Origin: Hemiscyllium ocellatum
Lineage: Eukaryota
Direction: 5' to 3'
DNA: 64,000 bases
NCBI RefSeq assembly: GCF_020745735.1
Contig: NW_026867489.1
Span: forward strand, 310,001 to 374,000
Shown here: piece after piece, positions 1-12,381 of the stretch
Layout: each line of letters starts with the position of its first letter
How positions within the stretch are numbered: position 1 is the stretch's first letter
Position numbers and translations under genes: made by a program
Notes under the pieces: generated by a model
Told to the model about the DNA's origin: nothing
Databases searched by the model: none
What the model saw: the letters and a program-made list of their open reading frames with translations, nothing else

Positions 1-2030
1 TCCATTCGTCCTGATTTTACTGTTCAATGCTTTGACGATTAGATATATTCTTCTGGCCAATGGAGCCCGAAGGAGACTCAGGGCGGATAGTCACACAGAG
101 AATCAGAGAGACCCAGAGATGGAGAAGCGGAGAAAGTCCATCACTTTACTCTTTGCCATTTCAGGCAGTTTCCTTTTGTTGTATTTGTTATCTTTTACAA
201 CGATCCTCTATGTCCGAATTGTGAAAGTGACCTATTTTTCAGGTTCACTTTTTAGCAAATCGACATTTATCCTTGAGGAGAATGCATTTATGCTTTTATT
301 TTTGTGTTCATGCATCAATCCGTTTATTTATGCTGGAACCCAAAATAAATTCAGAGACGAATTAAAGAATGGGCTAAAATATCTGTTGCGACAATTTCTT
401 AAATGATTCGAAATTGGAAAATATGTGTATTCACTATAAATCATGTACAATGTTCCAGAAGTACAACGTAACAACACTGGAATTCTAAAGATGCAATGTA
501 AACAGGCAGAACTTGTGGTATCATGGTTCCTGTACGTTTTATTCTCTTGTTTATTTTTATTTCACCAGCGTGAAATTAAAAGAACATGAGTCCTTTAATT
601 GCAGGCACATTGAAAACTATGATGGCGACTGGTATGAAATAAATTGAAACAATTTCTCTTGTAAAATTGACTGAAGCAATGTTTACTTTACTTAAGTGAT
701 GTTGATGGTCAATCGTAAAAGCAATTCAGGTCTTGCCAATTGTGAGGGAGGTGGAGGCAGAGGGCAATGCTTTATGAGCAGAAATACGAGAGAATGCACT
801 GATGAATCAGAGAGGACCCGATGTGTGATATGCAGACATGGTCAATTTCAACGAAACTCATAGAAGAAATGCAGCACAATAGAATCTGAGACACAAATGG
901 TTTTGGCTGAGAGCTCAGTAACTCACTGTAGAGTGAGTCAGCTTCTGACCCGCGATAGTTTAACTGGTGAAATTATTTACTGTCTGCAGCTCTAAACGTG
1001 TACCAACTAAAATCCGCTTTATATTAGAGCCACTCGAATGTCTCCACAGAATAGGTTCAGGTTTTGAATATAGATGGTGTTGGTATCGCATTAAAAAATA
1101 TTCAGTCCGGGCGGTGTCATAGGAACAACGTCAAATAATCGCTTCTCCTTCTGTCGAAACATCAGGTGACAGCAGCTGAGTGAGAATCCATCTCACTCAG
1201 ATTTGAGAAAACAAGCATATTTGAGGAGAAAAAGTCAGAGCAATCGATATTTAAAAGTCAGTTTCATATCATACCCAGAAATTGAGAGAAATAATGGAAA
1301 GTGATTAGATAAAATTAGCTATCAGAAATGCTCACTGCATAATGGAAACTCCAAGCAGCTGCATTGGCCTGGACGCTCTATGCAAGCGTGTCGAACCTTT
1401 GAAGTAACTGGTTCGACTCTATACTCTAAATAGTCTTCATTCATGTATCATCTCACTGTCTTGTGAACGCAATGAAACTGGTCGGAACTTTGTTAGCTTG
1501 AATTGATTGGAAGAATGTCGAAATGGTTTAAGACCAGCGATCACACAGGAAGGTTTTCTACTATTTTACTCGCGTGCACTGCTTTGAAACACATGCAGGA
1601 AGTGAAAAGTTATTATTTTATGCGACATGCATATCGCTGGTTTTCTTAGCATTTATTGTTCATCCCTAGTTTCTCTGGAATTCAGAGTGTCCAACTGCCT
1701 GAGCGCTGGTAGTAGTGACTCCCGTGATCTGCCCTCTAGATCATTTTAATTCGAAAGATTCCGTATTGTTTTTCACAAAGGTCAATATGCCTGTTATAAT
1801 ATAAAGATGGAGTGTACTATTATTGAGCAAACAGATCTGAAGAACATACTACATTCTTACACTTAAAATACAATTTAAACTCTGTCTTCGACTGTACTTT
1901 AAGTTTCATCTGCTGTTTGTGTTCTAACTCCAATGAGCTGTACTTCTCCGTGCCTGTCAGCATAGATGTAATCATGTACAATCTTCAGATTCTGGATTTG
2001 CAGTGAGATAATACAAAGAAAGATGTATTA
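1..2030 (+). repeat. Segmental duplication: GPCR 3' end plus downstream flank, paralogous to ~39869-42180
   Basis: Coding offset is 39868. Non-coding blocks also match by eye: 400-1050 with 40275-40950, 1680-1745 with 41843-41910, and 1880-2020 with 42040-42180. Confidence 0.8.
2..406 (+). CDS. Class A GPCR, GPR139-like family, 3' part only (TM5 to stop); 5' part lies upstream of the window
   Basis: Open frame from nt 2: PFVLILLFNALTIR...RRKSITLLFAISGSFLLL...CINPFIYAGTQNKFR...*. It has the NPxxY motif and is colinear, without indels, with 39870-40274. Confidence 0.9.
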   Translation, partial: PFVLILLFNALTIRYILLANGARRRLRADSHTENQRDPEMEKRRKSITLLFAISGSFLLLYLLSFTTILYVRIVKVTYFSGSLFSKSTFILEENAFMLLFLCSCINPFIYAGTQNKFRDELKNGLKYLLRQFLK

Positions 2031-3829
2031 TTATTACTATTTTTACAATTACCATTCAATTATTCACAGTGCCAATCGACAGTTTGAGGACACAAATTGG
2101 CAACAATTTCACTTGTCTGCAACTGGACCTGAAACCACTATGCCCTAGTATTTTACATATTCATCGAGATGGTTGTTAAATGTTGTGTTTGTTTCCAACT
2201 CCACCACCATTCCAGGCAGTACATTCCATATGTCGTCCACTTCCACATGATATTCTATTTCTCAGGTTGCCACTGCGCTTCTTCGTCCTCATCTTTAACA
2301 TATGCTTTCTGGTCTTCGACACGTATCCATGTGGAAATTAAAATCTCTCGAGCTTTTCTATCTCTTCCGCTGATTGTTGGACACACCTCAATCAGATTCT
2401 CTCAAACCAAGTTGTGTTTGTTTAAACAGAAACATATACAACCCGAGGCTTTTCGTTACAGGCAACATCCTGCTTTGTATTGTCTCCAGTGCAATGGAGG
2501 TTTTCCCGTTGAGGGACGAACAGAATGATACGTGGTGTAGCATCTCTGGTTTAAGCAATGTTTTATGAGTTTGCAACAAAACTTTCTTGCCACTGCATTC
2601 AACGACCCAACTAATGAAGGCAAACAGACCATTTGCCTTGTTCATCACCCTCGCGATTGTTTTCTAATCTGTTCTGAAGTTGTAGGCGTGTACTGTTCCT
2701 TTAAGAGAGTTTGAAAGCTGGCAAGGACTTAACAAACAGAATATGCTGGAAAGTTTAAAAATGTAACATCTGGAAATGAAAAAAATAGCAGGAGCAGAGT
2801 TGCTATGTTACACAACAAATTCGAATTTGAACAATCAGTATAAATTATGTCCCAAGATACCAATATCCAATCGAATTTGAGTTATAACGTTTTTACGACA
2901 TCCGACCAATGAGTTAATCCGATGTTTTGGTGTATGGAACTCGGACATATTGAACAGTTACGAGAGCGGCAAAGAACATCATACAGTCTGCAGACTCTCT
3001 CTCTGAAAGTTATATTGCCCGCAGTGAAGCTATCTTGGAAGATATCATTTCACATGAAATCTGTGAAGAAGAAGCCCGGCGAAAAGAAGACAAGAATGTA
3101 CCAATGGAAAAGCGGCAGCTGCCTTGTTTCGAAATTTGATTTTTTGAAACATATTCGGGGGTGGTTGTTACCAGATCATTATATAGTTACAGAATGGGAA
3201 GTAGATATCTCCTTTCGACAAAGGAGGCATACAGTGTCGATAGAGGTTCTTTCATCCTAATATTTTTCTAGATGTAAAACATTTTTTCTTTAAATATTAA
3301 TTTTATTGTCACTAATACTTTAACAGATTATGAGTTGGGATGAGCTTTTCTGGGTGTTTAGTTCAATTTAGCAGAAGGATTTATCCCGAATGGTAACAAT
3401 TCATTCAAGGGATGAGGACACCACTGTCTAGATTAGCATTTAAGCAGTTAAGACTCAATCACATGGCTGTTCATCTGCAGTCACATGTAGGCGACACCAG
3501 GTGACAGATTCATTCTCTGACGCATCTTGCTGAAACAGTTGAGCTTTTCCAACAATCAGCTCAAGTTCCACCATCTTCCATGGAAGAATTCGAACACGTG
3601 TCCCCAGAACCTGACCAGGGCTTCTGGATTAACAGTCTAGCGAAAATAGTACTCGTTTATCTCCAACTAAAGTGCGACACTTGCTGACATCTTCAGCGAT
3701 CTGTGGACTTGTGGGCCTACAGATCTTTGCTCCTAATTGCTTTCTGACAAACATTGTGTGTATCCTTCTTTTATTAGCGTTCTGAAAAAGCATAATATTT
3801 CACATTCCAGGAATAAACACCACTCACCA

Positions 3830-4780
3830 TTATTCTCCCAAATTTACTAGCTGATCCATGTCAAATTTTGGCTGTACCGCATCGTCCATAACATCATCAC
3901 TTTCTGTGAATTTTGCAAACGTACTAATTATATCTTCTGCATTCAGATATTAGTCGTTTATGCACATAGCAAACAGCAAGGGTTGCAGCATCGATACTTG
4001 TCCTATGCCACTGATCACAGGCTTCAGATCACAAAAATAACGCTCCATCATGATCTTTTTCCTCCTATCTACAAAGTAGTTTTAGGTCTTTGTCAAAATA
4101 TGCATTGAGGTTTTTTTGGGGACAAGCTTTTCACGTAGGAACCTTGTCAAAGATCTCAATGAAGTACATGTGAACAACTTTCATGTAGTCCCTCTACCAA
4201 TACGTTCATTAGCTTTTCAACACGAAACACATTTAAATTAAACAGACTCCACTTGCAGAAAACTGTGCACCTGAACCAAAACTTGTTTTTGTTTCGCTAC
4301 ACTCGATCAGGCCCTCATTCACCATGAATAATCTAAACTGATTTGACTTTCCAAATTGCAGGACCTCACACTTATCTATAATAAACTACACTTCCAATTT
4401 CTCTGAACATTCGTCCAGCTGGTTAAAGGTCGTGCTGCAATTTCAGATAACTTTGCTCATATCTGAGTTATCTTCTCCTTTCGTGTCCTATGAAAACCTA
4501 GTAATCCTTCCTTCTGAATTTTTATGCGAAACATTGCTATAAATAACGAACAGCACTGGCTCCAGCGGCCTCCCCTGAGGGCGGACACTTGTCACAGTTT
4601 CCCAATCCTTCCGATATGATGCTCTGCTTCCGACCATGAAGCCAATTGTGTACTCAAGTTTGCAACTCCCTCCCATTCATGCAATCGAACCTTCCAGAAG
4701 CCTATTATGTGGAACCTTATCAGAGGCCTTACTCCCATACAAATGCCCATTCTGACTCCTCTTAGTTAGCCCCTGCAATT
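3830..4780 (-). mobile_element. CR1-type LINE reverse-transcriptase fragments (two overlapping-region pieces)
   Basis: Minus-strand translation VTSVRPQGRPLEPVLFVIYSN resembles the CR1 RT motif VTSGVPQGSVLGPLLFVIYIN. A second decayed copy of the same region lies near 3900-4180. Confidence 0.7.
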
Positions 4781-5023
4781 CTAAATACATGTATATCTAA
4801 CCACTCAGAATCTTGCAAAACATAGAAGCTGCAATGAAATTCAGGTTGTCGGCTCAGAAACTTTTGCACCATATTCTACTTAATAATATTGCAATATTGT
4901 TATCACAATTGTCTCCACATTATGCTAGCCAAACCAGGCTCTCTTTTATTCCATTTATTCCAAAGTTTAACAACTGCTTTTCACTATGACAGTGGAGTAG
5001 TTGTTTCATGTCATCGGTGTGAG

Positions 5024-5040
5024 ACCGCCATCTGGTGTCC
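5024..5040 (-). promoter_or_regulatory. Candidate CTCF-binding motif
   Basis: The minus strand reads GGACACCAGATGGCGG, close to the CTCF core CCACCAGRKGGCRS. Confidence 0.5.
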
Positions 5041-5258
5041 ATCTCCGTGATTCACAAGCTAGATGTTTACACTTGGTCTGCGGTGTCTCTGCATCAGTGT
5101 GTGGGCTCCAGAGCAAAAAAAGATGGTGCTTTCGGTTTACCAGCCACACGATGCCTAAAGTAAACACTGCGTTTCCTTTGTGCAAGTTAAAATAGATTCT
5201 GTTCTGCAATTCTGGAGACTTGTAAATGACCTCCATGTGTCTTCAGTAAATATCTCAG

Positions 5259-5650
5259 ATTATCCGGGGATATTTGATGTCCCAGTCCAGGTTTCTGCCA
5301 GCGTATGTTGTCAAGTTTCGGCAGTGCAGATTAATATGCTTGCCATTCGGATTCTGGGGGATATTGGGGCGCTGAAGTATTTCCACTCGTTCTTGTGCCA
5401 CAAATACAAAATATTTCCGTGTTTTGGGAATCTTATATCCTCACCTCGTCAGGATAAAAGGTATTACCGGCCCACAGCTATGTGTTTAATTCTTAAGTGC
5501 CATTCTGGCTTCAGGGACCGATAATAAATGTTGTTCAAATGCTTTTCCTTCAGTGACAACGTGGTCGCAGACGCTGCAGTGTATTACTGTGAGACGAAGA
5601 CATATTACGAGAAAGAGTGGATATGGCCATAAGGTTCTTGCATTGTGTTT
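5259..5650 (+). pseudogene. Degenerate Ig V-set-like exon without RSS
   Basis: Acceptor-like tctcag at 5258. The 3' end reads SDNVVADAAVYYCETKTYY, containing the DxAxYYC motif with YYC at 5582-5590. Stops and frameshifts lie upstream, and no heptamer follows the YYC. Confidence 0.45.
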
Positions 5651-5846
5651 TGTGTCTGATTTCTGTTAAACATTCCCCAAAACAAGAAATTTACAAAACC
5701 TAGTGAATTCACAATTCATGAACTCATTCCTCATTACTTGACAAAATCAGAGGACGATGATAAATTGTAGACAATTATGTCAAATCAGACATTGTGCACA
5801 TGCAACATTAAAAGCATATTCATGGACCGAAGTGGAGGAGTCCTTT

Positions 5847-6347
5847 NNNNNNNNNNNNNNNNNNNNNNNNNNNNNNNNNNNNNNNNNNNNNNNNNNNNNN
5901 NNNNNNNNNNNNNNNNNNNNNNNNNNNNNNNNNNNNNNNNNNNNNNNNNNNNNNNNNNNNNNNNNNNNNNNNNNNNNNNNNNNNNNNNNNNNNNNNNNNN
6001 NNNNNNNNNNNNNNNNNNNNNNNNNNNNNNNNNNNNNNNNNNNNNNNNNNNNNNNNNNNNNNNNNNNNNNNNNNNNNNNNNNNNNNNNNNNNNNNNNNNN
6101 NNNNNNNNNNNNNNNNNNNNNNNNNNNNNNNNNNNNNNNNNNNNNNNNNNNNNNNNNNNNNNNNNNNNNNNNNNNNNNNNNNNNNNNNNNNNNNNNNNNN
6201 NNNNNNNNNNNNNNNNNNNNNNNNNNNNNNNNNNNNNNNNNNNNNNNNNNNNNNNNNNNNNNNNNNNNNNNNNNNNNNNNNNNNNNNNNNNNNNNNNNNN
6301 NNNNNNNNNNNNNNNNNNNNNNNNNNNNNNNNNNNNNNNNNNNNNNN
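5847..6347. other. Assembly gap (~500 N)
   Basis: Run of N. The ORF-track entries spanning it are artefacts. Confidence 0.99.
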
Positions 6348-7592
6348 GCACAGCGGCACTTTATTTCTGTATTAGTAAAATTGTATGTTGAATTTGTTAA
6401 GATTTCATGCTGTTTTGCAGCTCATTCTTTTCATCTGGAGACGTTTCTGAGATCACTTTATCAGGGAATTGTTGGACAGACAATTGACTTTAAGACAAGG
6501 CTACTGCTACTTGACTTTATATTCTGCTGTAGAAAATCTCTTTACTATTAGCTTACCTCCACAGTTATGGAAGGAAATCAATCAGTAATAGCATTGTCCA
6601 TCTGGACATCCCACCCAGTAATCGGAAAAATGAACTGCTGCAGCAGCTTGGGGCTCTGATGATCAGTATTCAAAAGCATGAGGCCAACCTTCCTTGCAGT
6701 TATAGGTCAATGCGACATTCTCTATTTCCTCTTTTTTAAATCGGAAAAGAGGTGTTCCGCAATATCATACTGGCTCCATTTTAGCACATGGAAAACAGTT
6801 GAAGAAATGAAAGCCAATATCTTTGCCACCATTTCTGTTATTCGACCAAGTATAACATTTGTATTGTAACAGTCAGTTTGTCTTTCTTTGAGACGAAAAT
6901 ATTTACTGAGAATAGGTGCAAAGACAAGGGGTGGTTTGAGTCATCTCCAAATATCGATTTCTCACTTTGGACTTCTGCAATGCCGTATATTTTCTGTCAA
7001 ACCATAAATGCAGATCACTGCCCAACTGCGTTGCTGATCGAATCGATGATAAGAACGGCGCATGACAGTAATTTCGGTATGCTAGAAATGAGAAACAAAA
7101 GAAGAAATTGCTGGAAAACTTCAACAGGTCTGGCAGCATCTATGGAGCAAAATCAGAGTTAATGGATCACTGCCGAACTGCTAAGTCTGTTTTCTATCCA
7201 TGGACACTGGCAAACCTGCTAATCTTCCCAAGCAATTTCTGTTTTCCTATACAAGGACGCTCACCGGTGCAGTTGGAACAGATAGAGTAAAATAGTAACA
7301 ATGTCGTCTCCGAACTGTGACCTGCTGTTTAAACATGGAAGACATTATTTATCATGTTTCAATACTCTATATCTTCATGAATAGCCCCAGCATCGATAAA
7401 CGTTATCCTGATTCAAGTCTAACTGGGGAAATAAGATTTCCAAATATCACGTCCACTTCTGCCATCCAGGTTTAGCTAATGTTTAATGGTACAACTGGGA
7501 CAGCGAAGCAGAATAAAGAAATATTCTGTCGATCTGCTACTTCACACATGTGTCTTATCAGTATTTACTCCTCTAATTCGAGGAACTGGGTC

Positions 7593-7812
7593 AAATATGT
7601 GTTGCTGAGAAAGCACAGCCAATCAGGCAGCATCTGAGGAGCAGAGAATCGACGTTTTGGGCATAAGCCATTTACTGGAAATGTATGTCCCTTCGTCAGG
7701 TGTCAGAATCACTCAAATATGTGTGACAAATGTTGAAAGGCTTTTCGGGCTTATGCCCAAAACGTCGATTCGCCTCCTCCTCGGATGTTGCCTGATCTGC
7801 GGTGCTCTGCAT
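7593..7812. mobile_element. Penelope-derived inverted-repeat (hairpin) element, decayed
   Basis: The arm ...gcagcatctgaggagcagagaatcgacgttttgggcataagcc is inverted with ggcttatgcccaaaacgtcgattcgcctcctcctcggatgttgcc. Same family as 21732 and 63598. Confidence 0.75.
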
Positions 7813-9752
7813 TCCTCACCTTCGCCTAATTCGCGGAATTGGAAAGACATTCCTCTTATTTAAATAGAGATCTGACAAAATGTGTTTGATGACAGTCACA
7901 TCGAAAATGAAAAACATATTGAAGGAATACATATTCTCCTGATGATTAGTTATCAAAGAAGCATTTTAATTTTAACCATCAGAATTTTAAACTTGTCTTT
8001 CTCCTACAGGTTGTGTTTTAAATTAACTTCACTATCACTGTGTATTGGAACTATGATCACACATATATCTGTGGAAAATGTTGAAAGACTGACAACTTTC
8101 TGAAAAACGAAATTCTTCCACATCTATCTCTTAAGTGTAGCTGTGGGGAGATTAGTTGTCACAGTGCAAATGAATTAATGTGAACTTTCCAATCTGAGAC
8201 CAACACGAAACGAGATACTTTTTCCTTCACGCTGCGGGTGTTCCAGACTGAAATAGTCCAAGGTCCAGAATCCAGTCTAATTCTTGCCCTGGTCTCCATA
8301 CCTTTCACTGCTGCCAGTCTGATGTGTGGAACCGATGAATAACTGAGCTGTGAACTCTTGCATCGCAGCTGCTTAATCTGTCAGCAATGAGCCAGCAGAG
8401 AGACTGGATATTATTCAACATTAACGGAATTCTTGAATTCAAAAAAATAAATGTCAGTTTATTTTGTGTAAACCTGCATTCACAGCGTAGAATCATGACT
8501 TTTGCTTTCAATGCTTTATTTACAAAGGCATCTGTCATAATTGAAACTAATGTTAAAATGTACACAATGTTTCACATAAAGGCATTGCTAACGTTGTTTT
8601 AATTATGCATTCTATCTATTTCTACACTGTTGCGTTATCAGGTGATATTTGGTGCCATAGCTGGATGATGACGTTTCTAAATTTCTGCAAGTCGTGTCCC
8701 TGCAGATTCTGTCTCTCAAGTGTCGGGTTCAGCAATGACATTTGAAGACTTCGCAAAGACCGTTCGTTAAAGACATTCGACCACTGCTGTTACTGTTTAA
8801 ACTTTGCAAAAATGTCATCAGATTTGATATAAAGCATAGACATTGTTGATCTGCTCTGCTATCTGCTAACTCCGCTGAGATTGCCCATGAGTAAAATGAG
8901 GGGATTTTCACTACCCGTTATCTGTTGCTGTCTTACACCATGATACGTTAACGAGAGACGCAGGGGCAGGAATTGAATACTCTGCAAAGCTAAACGACTG
9001 TGAAAAGAAATACATTGATTACGAGCACTGAGAAAGTAATTGCAAGAGGACAATGCCGCGACATGACTGCTCTTATCAACTCAGAATAAATAAGAGTGAT
9101 TTCAGATGCAAATTAACTTCACAGTGAGGTCTTTGCAGAGGAAATTGGGTGCAGTCACCAATTCTCCCTGAAAATGCACGTGACAGGTCCGTTTTCTCCT
9201 GTTCATTGGTACCTATTCCCAATTATATTTGTATGCTGCTAACATCAAGTGACACCGTAAAATCTTTGGCTGCTGCATTCCACATCGAAATTTCCTCGTC
9301 ACTACTTCACAAACTCAGTCTGAGTTGTGATGGTGCATGAAAAATGAGTGACCCAATCTAATTTCAACAACTGCATTCTTGCACGAAAACTAATTATTTC
9401 CAATCATTAAATGGTAGGGCGACTGGTCCGCTCAGTTTGACTTCAAGCTGAATCTCAGACCAGTTAAAGATCAAAATGGTTCAACATTTAGTGAGTTTGC
9501 AAATTGTCCCTTTTTTTATTTAGTGGCAACCTGACTGTGTTTACGTATCATTTTCGAAACATCCGAGCGCACCGTTGATGTCTCTCTTCTATCACATAAA
9601 TGGTGACGTTGTCAGAACTCGTTCATCCTATCACATTATACACAATAAGAGACATCATATAAAAGGCAGCCAGTGCTGTCAACTTTGTGTTGTCTGATGT
9701 TGTTGTGCTTTCTGAGGCACAGAAACATGTCTCACATTCCAGCGCAGCAGTA

Positions 9753-10788
9753 ATGTGGCTCTCCATTGTCTCTCTGGTCTTGGTTACTTCCATTATTGGG
9801 AATAACTAAACTTTTAAATCGCATTTATTTTCTCATGGAATAAATTTGACAAATAAAATAATTGCTTTTGGTAAGTATCGAAGCTGGATTGTAACGCGTT
9901 TTGGTTTTTACATGCACTTTTGCGATCTATCTTGCATTATCAACAAAAGTACACGGAACACAACGTAGAAGCGAATTTTGGGGATGATGCTGAATTGAGA
10001 GATTATAGCTGACAGAAACCAGCGTATAAGATTCAGTTCCTTTGGCCAATAATGAAAAGACTAACGGACAAATGGACTGAAGTATTTAGAATGAACCAAA
10101 TATATTTGGCTTAGGACCGGGAGAGGAATATACCTCTTGAGAAGAATTACAGATCTGTAAAGTTAAATGAGAAAATGCTGGTGGCACAGATTGGTTCAAT
10201 GAGGATTTGAAGAGAAATATGTTTAGCCCCAGACCAGGCAGAAATGTGTTTGTCATTTCGACAAGAAACATTTGGAGAAAACAAGAACGATCTATTTAAA
10301 AGGAAACCAGATGAACGGGTGCAGATGAAATGGATGAATTGTTTGGTGGTAGCATGAGAGGAAGAAATAGGCAAGACGCCAGTGTTTACACATGGCCATG
10401 AGCCTGACTGAAAGAATGAACTTTTTTTCTGTTCTCCATAAGGAAGTGTTGCGAATTTGGTTGAGTTCACTCATACATTTCGTCACTGATTGCGGCTTTA
10501 TTTTATATTGTGTTTCAGATCTGAACGATGCAGATTCTGTCACTCGCTCACAGAGGGAGAAGACATCACTTTAACATGCACCAACAGCGGAAATGATCAC
10601 TACTGTCTATACCCAGCAGACAATCCGAGTTTGAAATCCAGAGGTAACTGAGTGGTGTTTCTGAAATGAAGGCGGATTTCGCTCAGAACCTCTTTTCTGA
10701 TACCGTCTAGCACACAGTGAAGTTTGACTGATTGACCATCTCAGAGCTGGTGCTATCTGACACCGCTGTCTATTAATGTGCAACGACT
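9753..10788 (+). pseudogene. TCR alpha/delta-type V segment pseudogene (leader 9753-9798, V exon 10519-10788)
   Basis: Leader MWLSIVSLVLVTSIIG (46 nt) has GG in place of the GT donor. TGACGT (~9604) and TATAAAA (~9658) lie upstream. The V exon starts tttcag|at ctg aac gat gca gat tct gtc act (DLNDADSVT) and ends LTISELVLSDTAVY*CAT, with frameshifts and a TAA inside the YYC motif. Confidence 0.85.
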
Positions 10789-10825
10789 CAGAGTGATGAA
10801 AGAGTGAAATCCTTGTACAATATCA
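10789..10825 (+). promoter_or_regulatory. Degenerate RSS (21-nt spacer)
   Basis: Heptamer CAGAGTG 10789-10795, spacer 10796-10816, nonamer-like ACAATATCA 10817-10825. Confidence 0.6.
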
Positions 10826-11344
10826 GCTGCAGTATCTGTTTATCAGCTGCTGCCTGTTGAGGGCTGTTTATAACGGGTTGCACACTGACACTTAGGTACG
10901 TTCCTGTGAGGAAATGCCTGATGACTATCTGTCAGAAAAAAATCTAAAGTCGTTCACATGGAATAGTTATATTGATTATTGAACTAATTATGAGACTTAC
11001 CTCATTGTCCTCCATTGTATTTGGTGATGTGTGGAAAGCCCTGCTCACTTTCAGTGAGAATACAGATTTTCAAACTTGCTTGTCATTAACTATATCCACT
11101 GATCTCCTGATGAGAAAGCCTGGAATCTAATCTGTCAAATCATTTTGGATAAGACATACTGAATGAATAGCTGTCGGTCATTGATGAAAATCTGAATCAT
11201 CACACTCACCTGAATGAGTATATCTCAATATTGAAGTACAAATATTAAAGATTGAAAATCCACAATAATGTAAGTTATAGATGGACTATTTTCGGGATAT
11301 GATGTGAAGTTAACTAGGTATGACATTATCAGAAAACGAATTAC

Positions 11345-11820
11345 AAAGATCTTAACAGGACTAAAGAATGTGAGGTACAATGAGAAGTTGAGACACTTTT
11401 CCCCTGAGAGAAAGAGACAGTGAGAGGTGGAAAGGCGAACATCTGAAGATCAGAAAATCATCATTGGTGTGTATAAGTTGAATAGCAAAGGTCTCGTAGC
11501 CTGGGTAGGTGAGTTCACAACTGGAGTACAAATTATTAAACTGGGAGGGGAGAGATTTGAGGGGATGTTGAGGGTAAATTTCTCATGTAGGTGTTGATGT
11601 GCACGTTCAATTAATAGCCCGAGAAAGGGGTAGATGCAGGAGCAATTATAACATCTCAGAGACATTTGGGCAGGCACGTGAATAGGACGAATTTCGAATG
11701 AGATGGACCAGACTCCGCCGAACGTAAATACTTTAGTTTCAGAAGACTGTTCGGTCTAAACGAGCTGGACTGAATGAATTGTATTTTTGCTGCATTACTC
11801 CATGACTCTAATCTGTGAGA
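11345..11820 (+). mobile_element. CR1 LINE 3' fragment
   Basis: Decayed CR1 ORF2 C-terminus and 3' UTR-like sequence (...aatttctcatgtaggtgttgatgtgcacg...ggaccagactcc). Confidence 0.6.
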
Positions 11821-12342
11821 ACAGGCGTTCTTTGTTCTTGCAACATTTGGTATCAAAACATCTGGTTGAAAAAAAGAAGTGTTTATCTTAGCAAATATTA
11901 ATCGAGCTTTTAGGAACTTGAACTCATTGGTTCAGGCATTTTATGAGTAATATGTATCTGTTTTATTATTTTCTTACACATCATATAGTGCGATCCTGTT
12001 GCTTTGAAATATTCATTGCTGATTGGAAAACATGTTCAGGTCAGATAATTTGATAAGATTTCTTATCACAAAAGTTTGAATCTATATAACAATAGAGGAG
12101 AAATTCCCTAATCACCTCCATGGATTATTGTTAGAATGTAATCGATACAAGACACAGAGTAAACTTGCCCCAGTGATGCACTGTTAACTTTTAGATTATT
12201 AAATGTTTGGATACATTTCAAATTTGTGGTTTTGTGAAGATAATATTTTGAAAGTATATGTTTCTCTGCAATCGTCACCCGATGCCGTCCACCCTCCTGT
12301 CCACACATGCACCATTTAATGAGTTTTGTTTCATTGCAGCCG

Positions 12343-12381
12343 AGTTTTTGTACGAGGCTGGCTGTCGTTCCTGTCACGGTG
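12343..12381 (-). promoter_or_regulatory. 23-RSS of the open V segment
   Basis: Minus strand: heptamer CACCGTG (12381-12375), exact 23-nt spacer, nonamer ACAAAAACT (12351-12343). Confidence 0.92.

Noticed and set aside
2940-3260. Possible V relic on minus (FCNY, W*Q/HWY, nonamer-like accaaaaca)
   Set aside because: Motif spacing is inconsistent and the heptamer matches only 3/7.
5757-6551. Long ORFs in the track (264, 204, 188, 179 aa)
   Set aside because: They are open only because they cross the N gap.
7593-7812. Hairpins as CRISPR arrays or classical MITEs
   Set aside because: Eukaryotic context with no repeat-spacer array. The asymmetric tail and Penelope-type motifs argue against DNA-transposon TIRs.
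9120-9160. Isolated CACAGTG heptamers (also 2065, 8159, 28799, 60863)
   Set aside because: No nonamer at 12 or 23 nt and no adjacent V/J coding end.
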